Shown here: in pieces, positions 14,270 to 28,406 of the stretch | How the letters are laid out: every line of letters starts with the position of its first letter | Numbering within the stretch: position 1 is the first letter of the stretch | Origin: Tricharina praecox | Taxonomy: Eukaryota | Length of the DNA stretch: 64,000 nt | Assembly (NCBI RefSeq): GCF_024521635.1 | Contig: NW_026250403.1 | Span: 2,790,001-2,854,000 of the forward strand | Reading direction: 5' to 3' | Notes under the pieces: generated by a model | Seen by the model: only the letters and a program-made list of their open reading frames with translations | Databases searched by the model: none | Told to the model about the DNA's origin: nothing | Program-made: the position numbers and the translations under genes

Positions 14270-16014
14270 TCTCCCAATACCGTACCGTACCATACCACCA
14301 CCACTGCCACTACCACCACCTCCACCACCTTCTCCTCCTCTTCCTCTTCCTCCTCCTCCTCCACCACCTCCTTCGCCCACTACCACCTCCTCCACCACCC
14401 TCCCATCTCGATCCCTGTCCCGCCCAGCCATCCACCAACCACAGCCGGTCCAGCCTCTTCGTCTCCCTCCTCCTTTTCTTCTCCCCACACCCCCAAAAAA
14501 GTCCCATCGTCCAACTTCCTGTTGTTGTGTGCGCTACTCCCTGCAAGTCGCCCCGACCCGCAGCAGCGACTTCAAAGTCTACATTCGCTCCGCCTTTCCT
14601 CCTCCATCTTCTCGTTCAACCTCCTCAACCACCAACTATCAACATCACCACCACCTCCACTACCACCACCACCGCCATCAACACCACCGCCCCTCCCCGT
14701 CGTCCGTGCTCACAGCCTCTCCACACGACACACCCTCTCTCTCCTCTCCAAAACACCTCTCCCTTCCCCACCCAAAAAGAAGGTGCTTCTCTTCCGCCAT
14801 CCATTCATCCAACCTCCCCCCGTCGGCCATTAGTTTGTCGCCAATTCTGCCCCCCCTCCCAACCCCCCAATTCCCCACCACCCCCCGGCAGTCTCCACCA
14901 CAGACAGACGACAACACACGCCTTCTCGAATATCTGCATCTCTCGCTCTAGTACGACAGGCTCTCATCTCGGCAGCGCAGCCCGTACTCACTCAGGATCA
15001 GCGCTCAATCGACCGTCGGCACCTATCATTGGGCCAGTCCTGCTACGGGAAGAAAAAGATTTCGACTCGGTTCACCCCGGGAAGAACGCAGAGCAGGAAA
15101 GAAAAGAAGGTGTGCACTTGAACGACGATCAACGAGGAAACGACGCGAAACGACATTTAACGAACCCCGACTCACCACCCCCCCAATTGGCGCAACCAGC
15201 CATTTGGAAATCTGCAGCCAAAAAAGCCATAATAGGGTACCAGCATATCACGACGTGAAACGAAGCAACGATCAAATAGTTTTTTGTGCGGAGTCAAAAA
15301 GTTCAGAAAAGTTGCCCCCCTCATCATCGGTTTTTTTTTACTTTTCTCAACTCGGTGTCGTCTTCTGCGTCCTAGCATATTCTCGTACACAATACCCTCG
15401 ACATTTGCATTCCCCTCCCCCCACCCTCCCCCCCGTTCATCAGTTCGGGTCTCGCATCTTCCCCAGAGCTAGAATTGCTTGAGTGGTGGTTCCGGTCTCT
15501 GATTTCGACGGACGTGTGATTTTCGCTGCGATTTTTTGCCCTTTCTGCTGCCTTGCAGCCGCATAAACGGCCAACTATCCGGTCGGGACGCGCCGTCAAT
15601 CTCTGCATTGTGCTGCTGCAAGTAGTGTTCTCCACCCGCCATCCTCGGTCTCTGCATTTAGGACGACTTGCGGCCATCTCCCAACCGTCCGGACCTGCAT
15701 CCCCTCGCAACACTACACCACTCTCTCTGTCGGAAGGCCATACTTAGACGACCCTCAATTACCAGTGGAATTGGGCGGCCCCTTCGTTGAAGAAATCTCA
15801 TCGAAGTCTTTCTACATCACCCCTTCCAAACAATAAGAGAAGCACAGAAATCGATTTCTTTGCTTCCCACACCCCAACCTTCACAATAGCAGCGCTACTT
15901 CACGCGACCATCAGCAAGCTGGAGCTACCGTCCCTCGCATCGGTTCAGACACGAGCCCCCACCGACGCCTACCCGTCTTGGTCTGGCTACAACGCCCATT
16001 ACGCCAAAGGGGGC

Positions 16015-18654
16015 ATGTCCAGTGACAAGCTCCCATCTGCGTTGTTCTCACCTTTGGCTAGCCAACAACAACAACAGCAGCACCATCACGCATCTTCGCC
16101 GAGAGGACTAAGCAGTTCAATCCTTAACGGCTCGACGTACCCCAACAAGAAGGATTCCACCCAAGTCCTCCCCAGCCCCTCTCAATCACAGAACGGAGCC
16201 CCGCAGTACTCCACCTCCAACAATCAATTCGCCTACGGAAACGAAGGAACCGGCTTCATGAATACACAAAGCAATTCGTCGTACGGTGCGCTAGACTACG
16301 GCCACCAGCACCATCTCTCGCAGGGACAGCCGCCTACTCCCCAGACGGCGACCTCGGGCGGCATGGGCAGCTTTCCTCCGCAACCGTCACTGCTACAACC
16401 CACATACCACCAGCCGAGCCATGGGTTCCCGCAGTTCTTCCCAGGCTCGAATTCGCCGGCGAACCAGCCTCCGATGGGCGTGCATCCCCAACAGCCCATG
16501 CTCCCGCTGCCGCAGACCACCGCGCTGAACACAAACCACTCCCCGTTAAGCGCCGTCTCGCAAGGAGGCCCGCAAACCCCTCAATCCGCCACAACAGGTG
16601 GTTACAGCAATCATTCATTTGATGCGACCGGCCAGATCGCGCCCCCGGGAATGAAACCCCGTGTAGCGGCAACACTCTGGGAAGATGAAGGCAGCCTATG
16701 CTTTCAGGTCGAAGCTCGAGGTGTTTGTGTAGCCAGACGAGAGGGTAAGAATGACAGTCTTGATAACGATTATTATTATTATTATCATTATTTGAAAATC
16801 TTGGTCATCCCGCTAACGGTTCTGTTTCGTCGCAAAAAACAGATAATGCCATGATCAATGGCACCAAACTTCTCAACGTGGCGGGAATGACCCGTGGTAG
16901 ACGTGATGGTATCCTGAAGAGCGAGAAAGTGAGACATGTCGTAAAGATCGGTCCGATGCATCTGAAGGGCGTATGGTGCGGCATTCCTCCACCAAAATCC
17001 CGATAGTCTCGTGGGCTTGGACTAATGTTTCGATAGGATTCCATTTGAGCGTGCATTGGACTTTGCGAACAAGGAGAAGATCACAGAGCTCCTATATCCG
17101 CTGTTCGTCCACAACATTGGTGCTTTCCTCTACCACCCAACAAACACCCACCGAACAAACGCGGTCATGGCTGCAGCCGAGCGTAGGAGAGCGGACAGCA
17201 CCGTGTTGACCCAAAGTCAAGCCCTCAACCAAGGCCAATTGCAAAGACGGGCGACAACCGATATGATTCCCTCATCACAGGCGCCGCAGATGCACCATCA
17301 AGGCATGCATAACCCCATGCACCACCAGTCCCTTCCCCCCAATCTTTCTCAGCCTCGTCCCGAGTTGCAGAGGAGCATGTCGTTCCCCACCCCCCCTTCT
17401 AGTGCGTCGAGTGTGATGGGAGGCGGCCCGGATTCTTCGTTCTGGAGCGGGAACATGGTGCCGCAAGGAAACAATGGTCCGTTAGCCATCGACACGGTCA
17501 TGAACAGTGCTCGTTCGATGCCGACAACCCCTGCGACAACCCCGCCGGGAGGCATCCAGCAGTTGCAATACCCTCCCCCACCGTCATCCTTGTATCCACC
17601 CCAGCAAGGAAACATGGGCCAGCAGAACATTGCGCAGCAGAACATGCAGAGGTTTAACCAGCCCCTACCCCAGCCGCAGTACATGAACCAGAATAGGGAC
17701 CAGAACAACATGGGACCCCCGACATCAAGGGGACCGCCGCCAACCTTGTCAAGGCCGGCTTCGCGACAGGATGATGGACATGGGCATGGAAAGGAGGAAG
17801 GTGCTGAGGAGCAGAATGGATTGGCAACCGAAGGTGAGGATCACGGAGTCCAGGGAGTTCATGGAGTAGTGTCCGCCGAGAATGAAGCTGAACATCATCC
17901 AGAGGAATATACGACCCATGAGACCAATTATGCCAACGGTCACCGACCCGTCTACTACCCTCCTCTTCAAACAGAGCACACGCCGCATCTGTCGCCGGAG
18001 ATGAATGGTTCCCCAGGACAGGGCCCATCCACGCCAGCACGTGCGTACGGTGCTCCGAACGCCAATGTTCCGCGCACGGTTGATGGTGCAAGTGGAGCCA
18101 CTCCGCGAACCACCACCACCCCGCAGCAGCAATGGGTCCAGAACGGCAGTGGATACTCGACTCCGCCACGATCCAACTCCGCCAGTGGAAATGCCATACG
18201 CCAGCCTCCGCAAAGAAACGTCTACCAGCTCGTTGGCGGTGACACTCCTGCCGACCAGTCGGATCCCAGCGCTGCTCCCGGCGCGTCCGATGGCACTTAC
18301 GCTACCCAGGCCGGACTCAGCGGTGTGCCGATGCCTTCCCAGACGCCTCCGCAGAGCTACGTTGTCAACGGAATCACCACGCCGTCGTCGTCCAACAAGC
18401 GCGTGCGCGACATGGATGATGACGAGGAGCACAACTCGCGACCGTCGAGCCGGGATCACGATGACCGAGCTGGTGCCGATGCCGATGCTGCGATTGGTGG
18501 AATGAAGAGGCGCAAGACTGTAGGCCGTGAGGGTGCACCGGCAGTTGCTCCCGCGGCCGGCATGGCAGCTGGCAGCTTCGACAGGGCAGCTGATGGTCGG
18601 CTTAACCGCACACGATCAGCCGTCAACCCGGGCAGAGTTGGAGGAAGAAGATAA
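16015..18654 (+). CDS. stuA: APSES-domain developmental transcription factor StuA/Asm-1; join(16015..16744,16843..16975,17037..18654)
   Basis: Spliced translation gives the APSES domain [102 protein letters not shown], plus StuA motifs [25 protein letters not shown] and KRRKT. Both introns are GT..AG with CTAAC/CTAAT branch sites. Start codon uncertain (see findings). Confidence 0.97.
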
Positions 18655-21600
18655 TATAGTTTTAGAGGAGGGAGGTGTTTTTTTTCTCTTGCTCTTTTTC
18701 TTTTCATTCGATTCCGGTACAAACTCATCGAGCCCGTCGACCTCATAGTCCTCTACGACCGGACAGATGACGGGCCCACTTCCTTCGTCCTAAACGTTTG
18801 TTCTGTGGGTTTCTTTCGACGTTCATTTTGTTTTCACTGGGTTGAAACAAAACGGTGGGCCACGTCTGCTTTTGGTTTTCGTCTGGTAAAAGCCATGAAG
18901 TTACGCAGCGTTTGTTTTTCTCTTTTCTTCTCAACTATTATTTTCTCTTTGCCTTTTTGTTTTTCATCAAGTCATACTTGTGCGAGATCGGGTCGGTGTT
19001 TGTCTGGGATATAGTTTGTGATTTTTTGCGCGTTTGATTGCTCCGCTTACCATATTCTTCTCTTTGTTCATCAGGGATTCTCATCTGGTTTGTTGCTCCT
19101 AGGTGTGGGGCGGTTTGGGTGGGGATCATTTGACTTGACATGCGTTTTGCCAATTGTAAGTGCTGTTTGGGGGGCGCTTTTTGGCTTCTGTGGATACTTC
19201 TTCGCGCGGGAACAACGATTTTTTCCTTTTTTTTTTCCTTTTTCTTCTTTTTTTTCCTGTTAACGTCTATACCAGGCTTGTTGTGGGGAAAAGGTGGCTG
19301 GAGATCGGGAGGTTGGGGGGAGTGACTGTGATTTGCTTTGCTTTGGGGACATGCCCGTGTCTTTTTTTTGCTTTCGAGGTCAAGTCGGATCGGGGCTTGC
19401 AGAAGAAGGGGGGAGGGTGGACGGCCTTTTCTCTTTTTTTCTTTTCTTTTCTTTTCTTTTTTCTTCATCTTTCTTTTTCCTTCTCATGATTGCGATTTTT
19501 TTCTCTCTCGTCGCATCTTAACGACTGTTATGACTACTACTACCATCAACCATCATCGATTCGATTCATCCATCCAACCAACCATTCAAATTTTCCTATT
19601 CTTTTTTCCTTTTCTCTTCTTTTTCTTCCCTTCGGTTTTTACTTTTACAATAGGTTAGTGTTTTCGTGTCTAGTGGTACGGTACGGTCACAGGTTTTTTC
19701 TTAGGGAATGTAACTACGGGGTTCGGGTTCGGCGGGGCGTAACGGGGCTGGCTGAAAAGATATGGATATGGATAGCATGGGTGGTGGGATGGGAGGAAAC
19801 GGATTGGCATGGTACCGGGGGTTTAGGGGGCGGGGGATGGGGGGGCGGGGGGGATGGGGATTTTTTAGGGAGTGTGGGGGAGATGGGGAAGGGGGATGGT
19901 GGTTGGGGGGGATGGGCGGATTTGTAGGATGGAATTGGAATTAGGAGGGGGCTTATACCACTGGAGGAATTCGACGGGACTGTACGTACTTACTGGACAC
20001 CAACGCTGTATGTTTGTTTGTGGAGTGGGTGCGCGGAATGGAAAAGCGAATCGTCTTCTACATCATCATCTTCATCTTCATCATCACGCTGCGATACTGG
20101 TAGTACTTTAACCACCACCACCGCTACTGTCTACAAAGGAACCACGATCGCGATATACCTAGCCATTTTTACTTCCACTGTACCGTTCGTTACCCAGAGG
20201 ATGCGGATGAGGATGATGATGAGGAGATTAAATCACACACACACACAAACACATAGACAATACCGTCCGAAAAGCCCCTGATCTGCGCCCGCCGCCCGCG
20301 TGTGAGCGGCAGCAAATTGTATGCGGCGGCGGCGGCGGCGGCGGGAAGTGCACATGTTTGTGGCTGCGGCGGAGGCTTCGGTGGCTTTGTTGGCTGCGGC
20401 GGGGGGGATGCGGTGAGGGTGCATGCGGACCTGTGGACCTGCAGTGTGGCGGTCGAGTGTTGTTATATGCCTACATACATACAGCAATACCTATAGTCGT
20501 GAGGAAGGTTTGCGAGGCGGGGGGCGGGAGGCGGGAGGCGGGGGAGATTGAAGACCTGGATGGATGCATCGAGGGAGGGGGGAGGGATGTGGAGATCGGA
20601 CCCAGGACCGCTGGGCATATGCTATATACGCCGTGGTTTCGAATAGGTGCATACTTCTACTTAGATATTGTCCCACGACGACGGCGGCAGTGTTTTACGC
20701 ATACTATACATGTGTAGCGACCGATCAATGTCCTGACACCTGAGGATGGATGGGCCCACAGTGCTGCACTGCATGAGATGACATGAGATAGTCCTAGGAC
20801 GTGTTTCAAATCCGCTCATCATCCGTACATATCTCCAGTTTTTACTATCTATGTCTATATCGTAGGTACTTATGTATGTGTGTGGTTGGATTGGGCTATC
20901 TCAAATCCAATCCTGTGTTCGCCGGGTGAAAAATCCATATTGTTCAAGCTGTCGGATATCGGGGGAGGACTACATATTCGTTTGTCTGGGTCTTGTATGA
21001 TTTGTGAAGGAGTTTTCTGGTTAGACCTTTGTTTATTACTGAAGAATTAATGCATCCTGAACATGAGATTATCGCCTTCAGGAGGATATGGATAACACGG
21101 GCATCACCCCTTTCACTGCACTTTTTTAATGCGAAGAGTTGACGGTCAATCGAGTGATACTACAGGACCTAAGACTGCCTAGCCAGGAATGCGTCGTGCG
21201 GTATCTATTGGAAGGGAAAGAACTATAGCGAACCACACGGTGATAATCTGCACCTGAATGCGGATATAGAGAGATTAGGGACACATTAGGGCAATGGAAA
21301 TATCTGTAATCGAAGTGTTCTATACACGATATGAGGTGATTATCTCCCGGACACGGGCGCGCTGGGGACTGCTGGACCGATCAAGAAGCCCATAGGCTGT
21401 AGATAAATAGCCGGGCTGCCTTTTGGGAACTCGGAATACCCTCTTATTCCAGAGGTAAGCCGCAGTCCTTGTCTGTGGACTGGTAGTGGTCTGTATCATA
21501 TCCTCCCGTGAAGCTGCATCCTCACCACGAGGACGGCAGCAATTCATTGCTCCCTCCAGCTCTACGCTCTGTGAGATCTAGGTAGGCCCGAAGGAAGGCT

Positions 21601-23420
21601 GGAACAGTGATTATCGGGTACTATCAAACTAGTGAAACGCGCCCAGGCAACATATACTTGACCGCATCTCCATCCATCCCCTAATCGACAGCCGCTTTCG
21701 GCGAGGAAGATGTCTGGCTACTTCGCTCCCTGCATATCACAGTCTCGGAGTAACCTACGGCCGGTCTGGAGGATTGCAACACACGCTCTCAATCGCTTCC
21801 TGAAACTAAAACTTCAACATGATGGGCGGACTGAAGCTTGAGCCATTGAGCCGTTGAGCCCCAAGGGCCGTCCGGTTTATATTACCGGTAATTGGGAATA
21901 CTCAACTCCATTGCATCACGCATATCCAGACCTGACGACGAGTAACGGTGTCTGTGACAGTGTAACCACGTAGGTAGGCTTCCAATGGCGGCGGTCCGGA
22001 GGATTTACTTCCTTATACCTAGCAGTGGATCGGAGTGGATGAAAATCGTCTTCCACCACCACCCCTCCTTCACTCTGCACTCCAGCACAACCCATTTCGT
22101 ACATATGTGGCAAAAGCCCCATCCCCAAGCCAACCTAGCCCAGCTCAATGTCCAGATACCCGCATCATCAATGACGATGCCAACCCTCCACCGTGCCAGC
22201 CCAGTGTTTCCAATACCTAGGCCGTCTTGCCCGCCTGCCCGCCTACCCGCCCGCCACGGCGGCCCATCGCCATCACCGGCTGTCCCATCCGCTCCCCGCC
22301 GAGAATAACACCGGCGAGCGGGCTGCGGGCTGCGGGCTGCAGAATACATACCGTATCTGACGGCTCCGCAGACGGTGCGTGGTGCCGTGGCCTTCACGTG
22401 AAGGTATTTCCCATCAGAAGAAGAAAGAAGGAGAACCCCGTATGTACGTTGGTAGCATCAACAGCACCGAGGAATGCCGCAAGACCGCGCCTGGCCCGGA
22501 AGATTGTAGGCCCGGGAGACTTGTACTATACATAGGACGGATAGAGTGGCGGGAACACTGAGTGCCGCAACAGCTCCGGCGGGATGGATGGACAAGTGGC
22601 GGATGCCTCTGACGACGCTCTTCCCCCCACCACAGTCGCCATTTCCGAACGCTGCTATACTCATGTACAGACGATACAGGTGCTCTAGTTCCGAAGGTTG
22701 GGGACGCTGGGACGACATACATACGATTAAGATGGCGGTGGTGCGATTTTGCACTGTTCAGGTGATATTTATTTGTAACAGACCCAGCCGCACTGAGTAC
22801 CACATTCCGGACGAGACCTCATACAGCTCATCGAGCATCCTGCTGACCGAGAAGCCAAAACCGCCGATCATCCTGCTCGTCCTCCAACCCGAGTGACATC
22901 CACCGCATCCACCGCACCACCGCATCACAAGATATCACTCTTGTTTTGCAACCCAAAGTCTCATTCTCAACGAATATTTCCCATCTATAATCAACCAACT
23001 ACCGTAGCACCCGCCGCTCATCATCATCTAAATCTTACAACATGTAGTTAAGGTGAACCTCCTCACCCTGCGAAACTCCCAGACCCCCCGCGCCCCCCTC
23101 ATCCAAGCCAAAGACTTCTTAAGAAGACAGCACGACTCTCCGACTCTTCGAACCCACAAGTCTAATATAAGTGATGTATATATACAACGCCGCCAGGCGA
23201 GCCCCCAACCCCCAATGCCCCATCTTCATCTCTCCCCACCAGCACCAGCACCAGCACCAAGCACCAACCATCATCAACCTCTCCGGATATACAATGAAAA
23301 AAAACAGAGACCCAACGTCAAGGAAAAAATGGCAAAGAAAAAAAAATGAAACCAGCAAAGGAACCAAGAAGTGGAGAATACATTTGTTTTTTTGTCAGGC
23401 TGATTGGTAGTTGGTTATAG

Positions 23421-24841
23421 TTACACGGGTTCGCCCTCAGCATGCGAGGATTTTTCCATCTCCTTGAGCAGGCTCTGATACAACACGAGCATAATTCCGC
23501 TCTGCACGCTGGTCCACACGGCGCGGGGGCCGACGCCACGGAACCAGCCTGCTAGTCCCTCCGTGCGGTAGATTAACCGGAGGCCCATGAATACGCTGGA
23601 GGTGTTGAGTTTGAGGGCGCCGGCTCTCGGCGGGGGCGCTGTTGACGGAGAGCCGATCGAGGTTGGGCGGGGCGTTGTTGTGTGGAAGCCGCGGGATTGG
23701 CTCTTGAGCGTGGCGGCGGGGGTGGATGGTGGGGTGGTGGTGCGCACTTGCGTTTGCAATCGGGTTTTGACGACGTCTACATATGCGTACGTGACTCAAT
23801 TAGCCCAGTTTCCGGCAGTGAAAGAAGGAGAAATAGAAGAGAGCGTACCAAGAGGACAGGTGATGATTCCCGCCAACCCACCCGCCATCGCACCTGTACC
23901 GATCTCAAATCCGAGTCCGATATCGTTTCCAGGACCGCAATACCGCTTAGCCCACTTCCGGAACTGTTCGTAGAACGCAAACTGCAGAGCGGAGAACGGA
24001 AGGTCTCGCATGATCGTCGCTTTGTACCCGTAGAAAAGTGCAGCCGGGCCCTCGACCCTAACAATAGTCTTTGCGGCGTCCAGAGTGCTACGGTAATTGT
24101 ACCCACTCTTGAAATAGGGATTATTATACCTTCCCTGGAGCTGTAGCCGTGTCTTGAGGACCTCGGACGGCACGTAAACAAACGATGCAAAAAGATCACC
24201 GATGAAGCCACCAGCGAGGTACGCCAGACTGTCGGGACATCCGGAATCGATCAGGTAGCGTTTCGAGTACTCGTACGTCCCAAAGAAGATGACAGTTCCC
24301 GGCAACGAGCCCATGAAAGCCGGCGTGACCCCCGAGTACAACCCGCGAAACAACCCTTCCTCCATAAAGATAGTCGCATAGGCCTTTGGTGTGGTGGCGT
24401 ATTTGATAGCCGTGGGCGCGCCCTGCTGCCGTGTCTTGACTGTGTCGAGCGAGTGCATCAGCATGTCGCCTGTGCTTCCACCGAGGCCGCCTGCAATCAT
24501 CGCCTGTGTGGGGTGTCAGTTCAATTGACCACTTGTCGTCGTCGAGGGAGGAGAAAAAAATGTGCGGGGTCAGTCAGTCGGTGGGTGGGACAACAGACAT
24601 GCAAGTACGGCGGTCTTCCCTCGCGTTCCTCAACCTCCGCAGGTCGCGCTGCAGCAACCGGCGTTCTATTGTCCATCGGGATATCATAATCTCTACCGAT
24701 GATCCCCAATTGGTGTACGGAGGTACTGGTGACGGCGGTGGTGTTGTTGTTGGTGGGGCGTACCGATACGGAGGAGTTGTCGCCGCTGTCGTTGCTGCTG
24801 CCGCCGGAGAACAGGTTGCTTATCCGGGAGCCTAGGGACAT
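23421..24841 (-). CDS. MME1: Mitochondrial carrier family protein, MME1/YMR166C-like (Mg2+ exporter); complement(join(23421..23776,23849..24503,24599..24841))
   Basis: Three carrier signature motifs (HSLDTVKTRQQG, VPSEVLKTRLQLQG, CPLDVVKTRLQ) and the segment GRYNNPYFKSGYNY...GYKATIMRDLPFSALQFAFYE characteristic of the yeast YMR166C/Mme1 subfamily; canonical introns. Confidence 0.9.
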
Positions 24842-25781
24842 GGCAAACCCGCCGCTGCGGGCAAGTCGAGGTGGAGGGAGAGGTGGTGGACGAGTAGAGG
24901 CCGCGGGGGTTGCAGAGGGTTGTGTGTCGTTTGTTTCGTTGCTTTGACGGTGGTTGAAGGTTGTCACAAGAAATTGTAGGCGTAAACCCGGGAATCTTTT
25001 TTCGACCAATCCCGCCGAAGTGGGGCAAAATCGACAATGTAAGAAACTATGATTTGAACAGTCGGAATTGGCTCAATTAGGAGCGGCGTTTCTAGAAGGT
25101 ATCCTTTTCGGCGGTTTTATCTATTCGTAGAATTCCATTGTCGGCGGGACCCATGGGCACGTGCTATCTATGAGTCGTCACTCGATGACAGTGCGCCTAT
25201 CTAAACGTAGACGAGGTTCAGTGGCGATATTCAGCAACGATGCAACTCCCTTGGCAAGGCAAAAGCTGGGAAGTCTACCGGGCCGCGTAGGTAACTAAAC
25301 TTGGAACCGTTGAGATCAAGGTGGCTTTAGAGTAGTGGGGGATTCACGGTGGGCAGGTGGGCGTTCGAGGCTACAGACAAGAGGAAGACCAGGTTAAAGC
25401 AAATGATGCCACTCGCGATCCAGAACACAGTAAAATATGAGACCGAGTAGACCATAGGGAGAGACATGTATATAAAGAGAGTGAATGAGAACCAGCATGC
25501 AAAAATACCCCCAAAACGACCGACAGAAAGGAAATATGACACCGTGCCCAAAAAACCCCATGTAGAACGACAAAAGTAAAAAGTAAAAAGGATATACAAG
25601 TGCCCCAAGGCGAGTGTAATAAATGATTGTAGGGAAAAGACACATGAGTAGATACAGCACGATCATTCCTCATTCGTTATTGATGGGGGGTGAGGATACA
25701 AAGTTGTTTCACCAGAAATGAGAAGACAAGGTCCAAGCACGCTCGGAAAAGAAATCAAGCGACGGACGCATCCCTTAAATA

Positions 25782-27011
25782 TCAGAGAAACCGGCCCCTT
25801 TCCGAGGGATGTATCGGTAGTGGTGGCTCCATGGTCCGTATTTCAGGTACCGCATTGACTGCGTATGAGACACCGTCATCCGAAAGATATGACGGTGGTC
25901 TTGGTGACATCGCCATTGATCTCCGAGAGCCAGTGTGCGGTGATGTTGGGGTTAATGCTTGCCCGGAACTTTGCCGTCGTATCCAATAGAACTCATTGGG
26001 ATTAACCCGAACACTATATAGACAGTCTGGTCAGCTTCATGCATTCGCCCAGTGGATTTCATGGTCACATACGAGCATCTCCACAGCCCATAAACTGGCG
26101 GTGGCTCCTTCATCCCTGGGATGATATCTGGTGCCTGGGTATTGACTCGTATGGGCTCGCGAGGCATCGCATAGCCCCCGGGACCAGCTATGGACGGTAT
26201 CCGCGAGAAGTCTGTTGATCCTCTCCTCCGGTCCGAGTCACCACCGCCGGTAAGATCCAAGCACAGCCTGACCAACGAATGGCAGAAAAACATCGTCGTC
26301 ACAAGAATGATCAATACTAGGAGCACATGCCACTCTTGCTTCAGTTGCAGTTGCTTTGAGAGAGCCAGCCCAAGATCTTTCCAGCATCAGCGTTGAATCG
26401 CCATCGTTTCAGGAAGGGGTGTACCCACATACTGATAGTACGATCACGCACATCGTGCACGCAATCATCACCGTAACCAATCGGTTCTGAACACCCTTCC
26501 ACCGAGGTTTCTGCCACCACCACTTTTTCCGCGGCGACACAGGCTCCCGCTGCTGTGCTTCTGCGTCTGGAATCCGTGTCTCCTCAAGATGTCCGCTTTG
26601 CAGCCTTTGTACTGAATAGCGTATTTGCTCCATGGCCTGTGAACTTCGATGCCCTGGTTCCTGTTGTAACGTAGGCGTGCCATGGGTAGTGAAATATCCC
26701 GTCGTCCTCGGCGATACCGGAGTGCTCGGGCTAGTCACAAACAATCCACTTGAGCGGTTCGACATCGAGCTTGCCAATGGCGTTCCGACCAGCACGGCCT
26801 CGATGCGCCCCATCTCTTGAGTTTGGGGCAGAACCGGTGTTTTGGGCCCACTTCCTGTACTACTCAGAGAATCTCCGCGTATCCGACCATCAAGCCAGGG
26901 TCTCATCCCACTCGCACTCTGACCACCGGTCATTTCTATTGGCGCATTGAAGTTGTGGGCCATATCTGGGGGCTGCTGGGTTGTGATCCGGGGAACTTGT
27001 GGAGGCGCCAT
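25782..27011 (-). CDS. Hypothetical fungal membrane protein with two TM helices; complement(join(25782..26013,26073..26376,26429..27011))
   Basis: Splicing joins ORFs into one frame: hydrophobic LVTVMIACTMCVIVLSVYLGLAL and WHVLLVLIILVTTMFFCHSLVRLC, then PPPVYGLWRCSVRVNPNEFYW and RPPSYLSDDGVSY...PIHPSERGRFL*. Introns GT..AG with branch sites. Confidence 0.8.
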
Positions 27012-28406
27012 TGTGCCGTGTTGATAAAGAGTACAAAAAACGGATCTGTCGCGCGGAAAAACAGAAGGGCAATGTGAAGATTATTCTGCTGCTTTGCCCG
27101 GCCCAGAGATATTCCCCACTCCTGCCCCCGTGAGCTCGGATCCTTTCAAGGTTGTAACTAAGCGCGCCCACTGCAGGTCGAGATGTATGTGTGATGGGTA
27201 GCTGCAAGGCCGTTGTGTACGTACGTGTGGGCCAATGACGATGCGAAGGGGGTGCTGACAGCGCGTATCAACGATTCGATGGAGATCGGGTTGTGAGGCG
27301 GCGACGAGGACGACGACGGATAAACGAAGGTATCAACTAATCAGCAAAAGCAATTTCACTCCGTCCGGAACACTCGGATACAATTCCGGCAAGCTGTGGT
27401 GCTGAAATCGAGATGTATCTCTAGTTGTCGATTACGAAGAAGCAGTTATTCTTCACAAGAGCGCCGTCCGGTGGAGACTCGCTCCCAGAGGATGCAAGTG
27501 CGTGTGATTTGATGTAAGAAGAAGAAGAAGAAGAAGAAGCGCCAGTTCTAACATCCAAGGTCCACCGTCCGGGGCGTGTGGGTATGTATTGTTCCTGGGC
27601 TGGGTAATCCGGATAAACGGTGTAATGCTGCGCGATTGAAGGAAGGATTTTTGGTATGTGTGCTTCGAGCACGGAAATGAGTGAGAGGTCGGACACCTGG
27701 TGTCAACAAAAAAGAGAGAGAACAGACGACGACGACGCTCGAGAAGGAGCGGGGTGATGGTCGAGGAGGTGGTGGACGACGAATGACGGACGTCGGAAGA
27801 AGGTGTTTTGGATGTCACAGACAGGCATGGATGAGGTATGCATACAGAAACATGTTAGGGATCTTCAGGGGCAAGTTCTTCTCTGACTGTTTCACACTAC
27901 TCTGAGGACTTACGCAGGTACGGCGGGCTAGACTCTAGACAACCTTCAACCCGTCAGAATCTGGATGGTCACCTGGAGCTGCTGGAAGACTGGAAGGCAA
28001 ATTAATGGCATCATCTGGGATATTCCGACATTCTCTCCCCTCACAAAAGTCTTCACGGGTAACGACGAGAACCGCCGCCGGAAAGGGCATGCAGGCATAA
28101 GTGCACATAGCCGCAGTATATACCCCTTTTGTCCGCAGCCTTTACACTTCAAACCCTCAGAAAATGCCTAGCCGTAGCACCGGCGTTCAGTTGTTTCACA
28201 TTGTAGGGGCATCTGTACATAATACAAGAGACGCACCAAGGGACCTTCTAACTAATGTCAACACACAGAATGCTTCAAGAACACATCTGGAGGTAAGCGA
28301 CTTCCTGCGTTCCATAGCTTCATCCGCTCAACCATACGCGAACCATGGATCAAATCGCCGGCATGCATCGATCCCGCCCGCTAGAAACAAGCTTCTCCTC
28401 CTTTCG

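Noticed and set aside
14107-15258. 383-aa ORF (and overlapping 272-aa ORF) upstream of stuA
   Set aside because: No ATG start, low-complexity P/H/L translation from C-rich repeats lacking stops; better explained as 5' leader.
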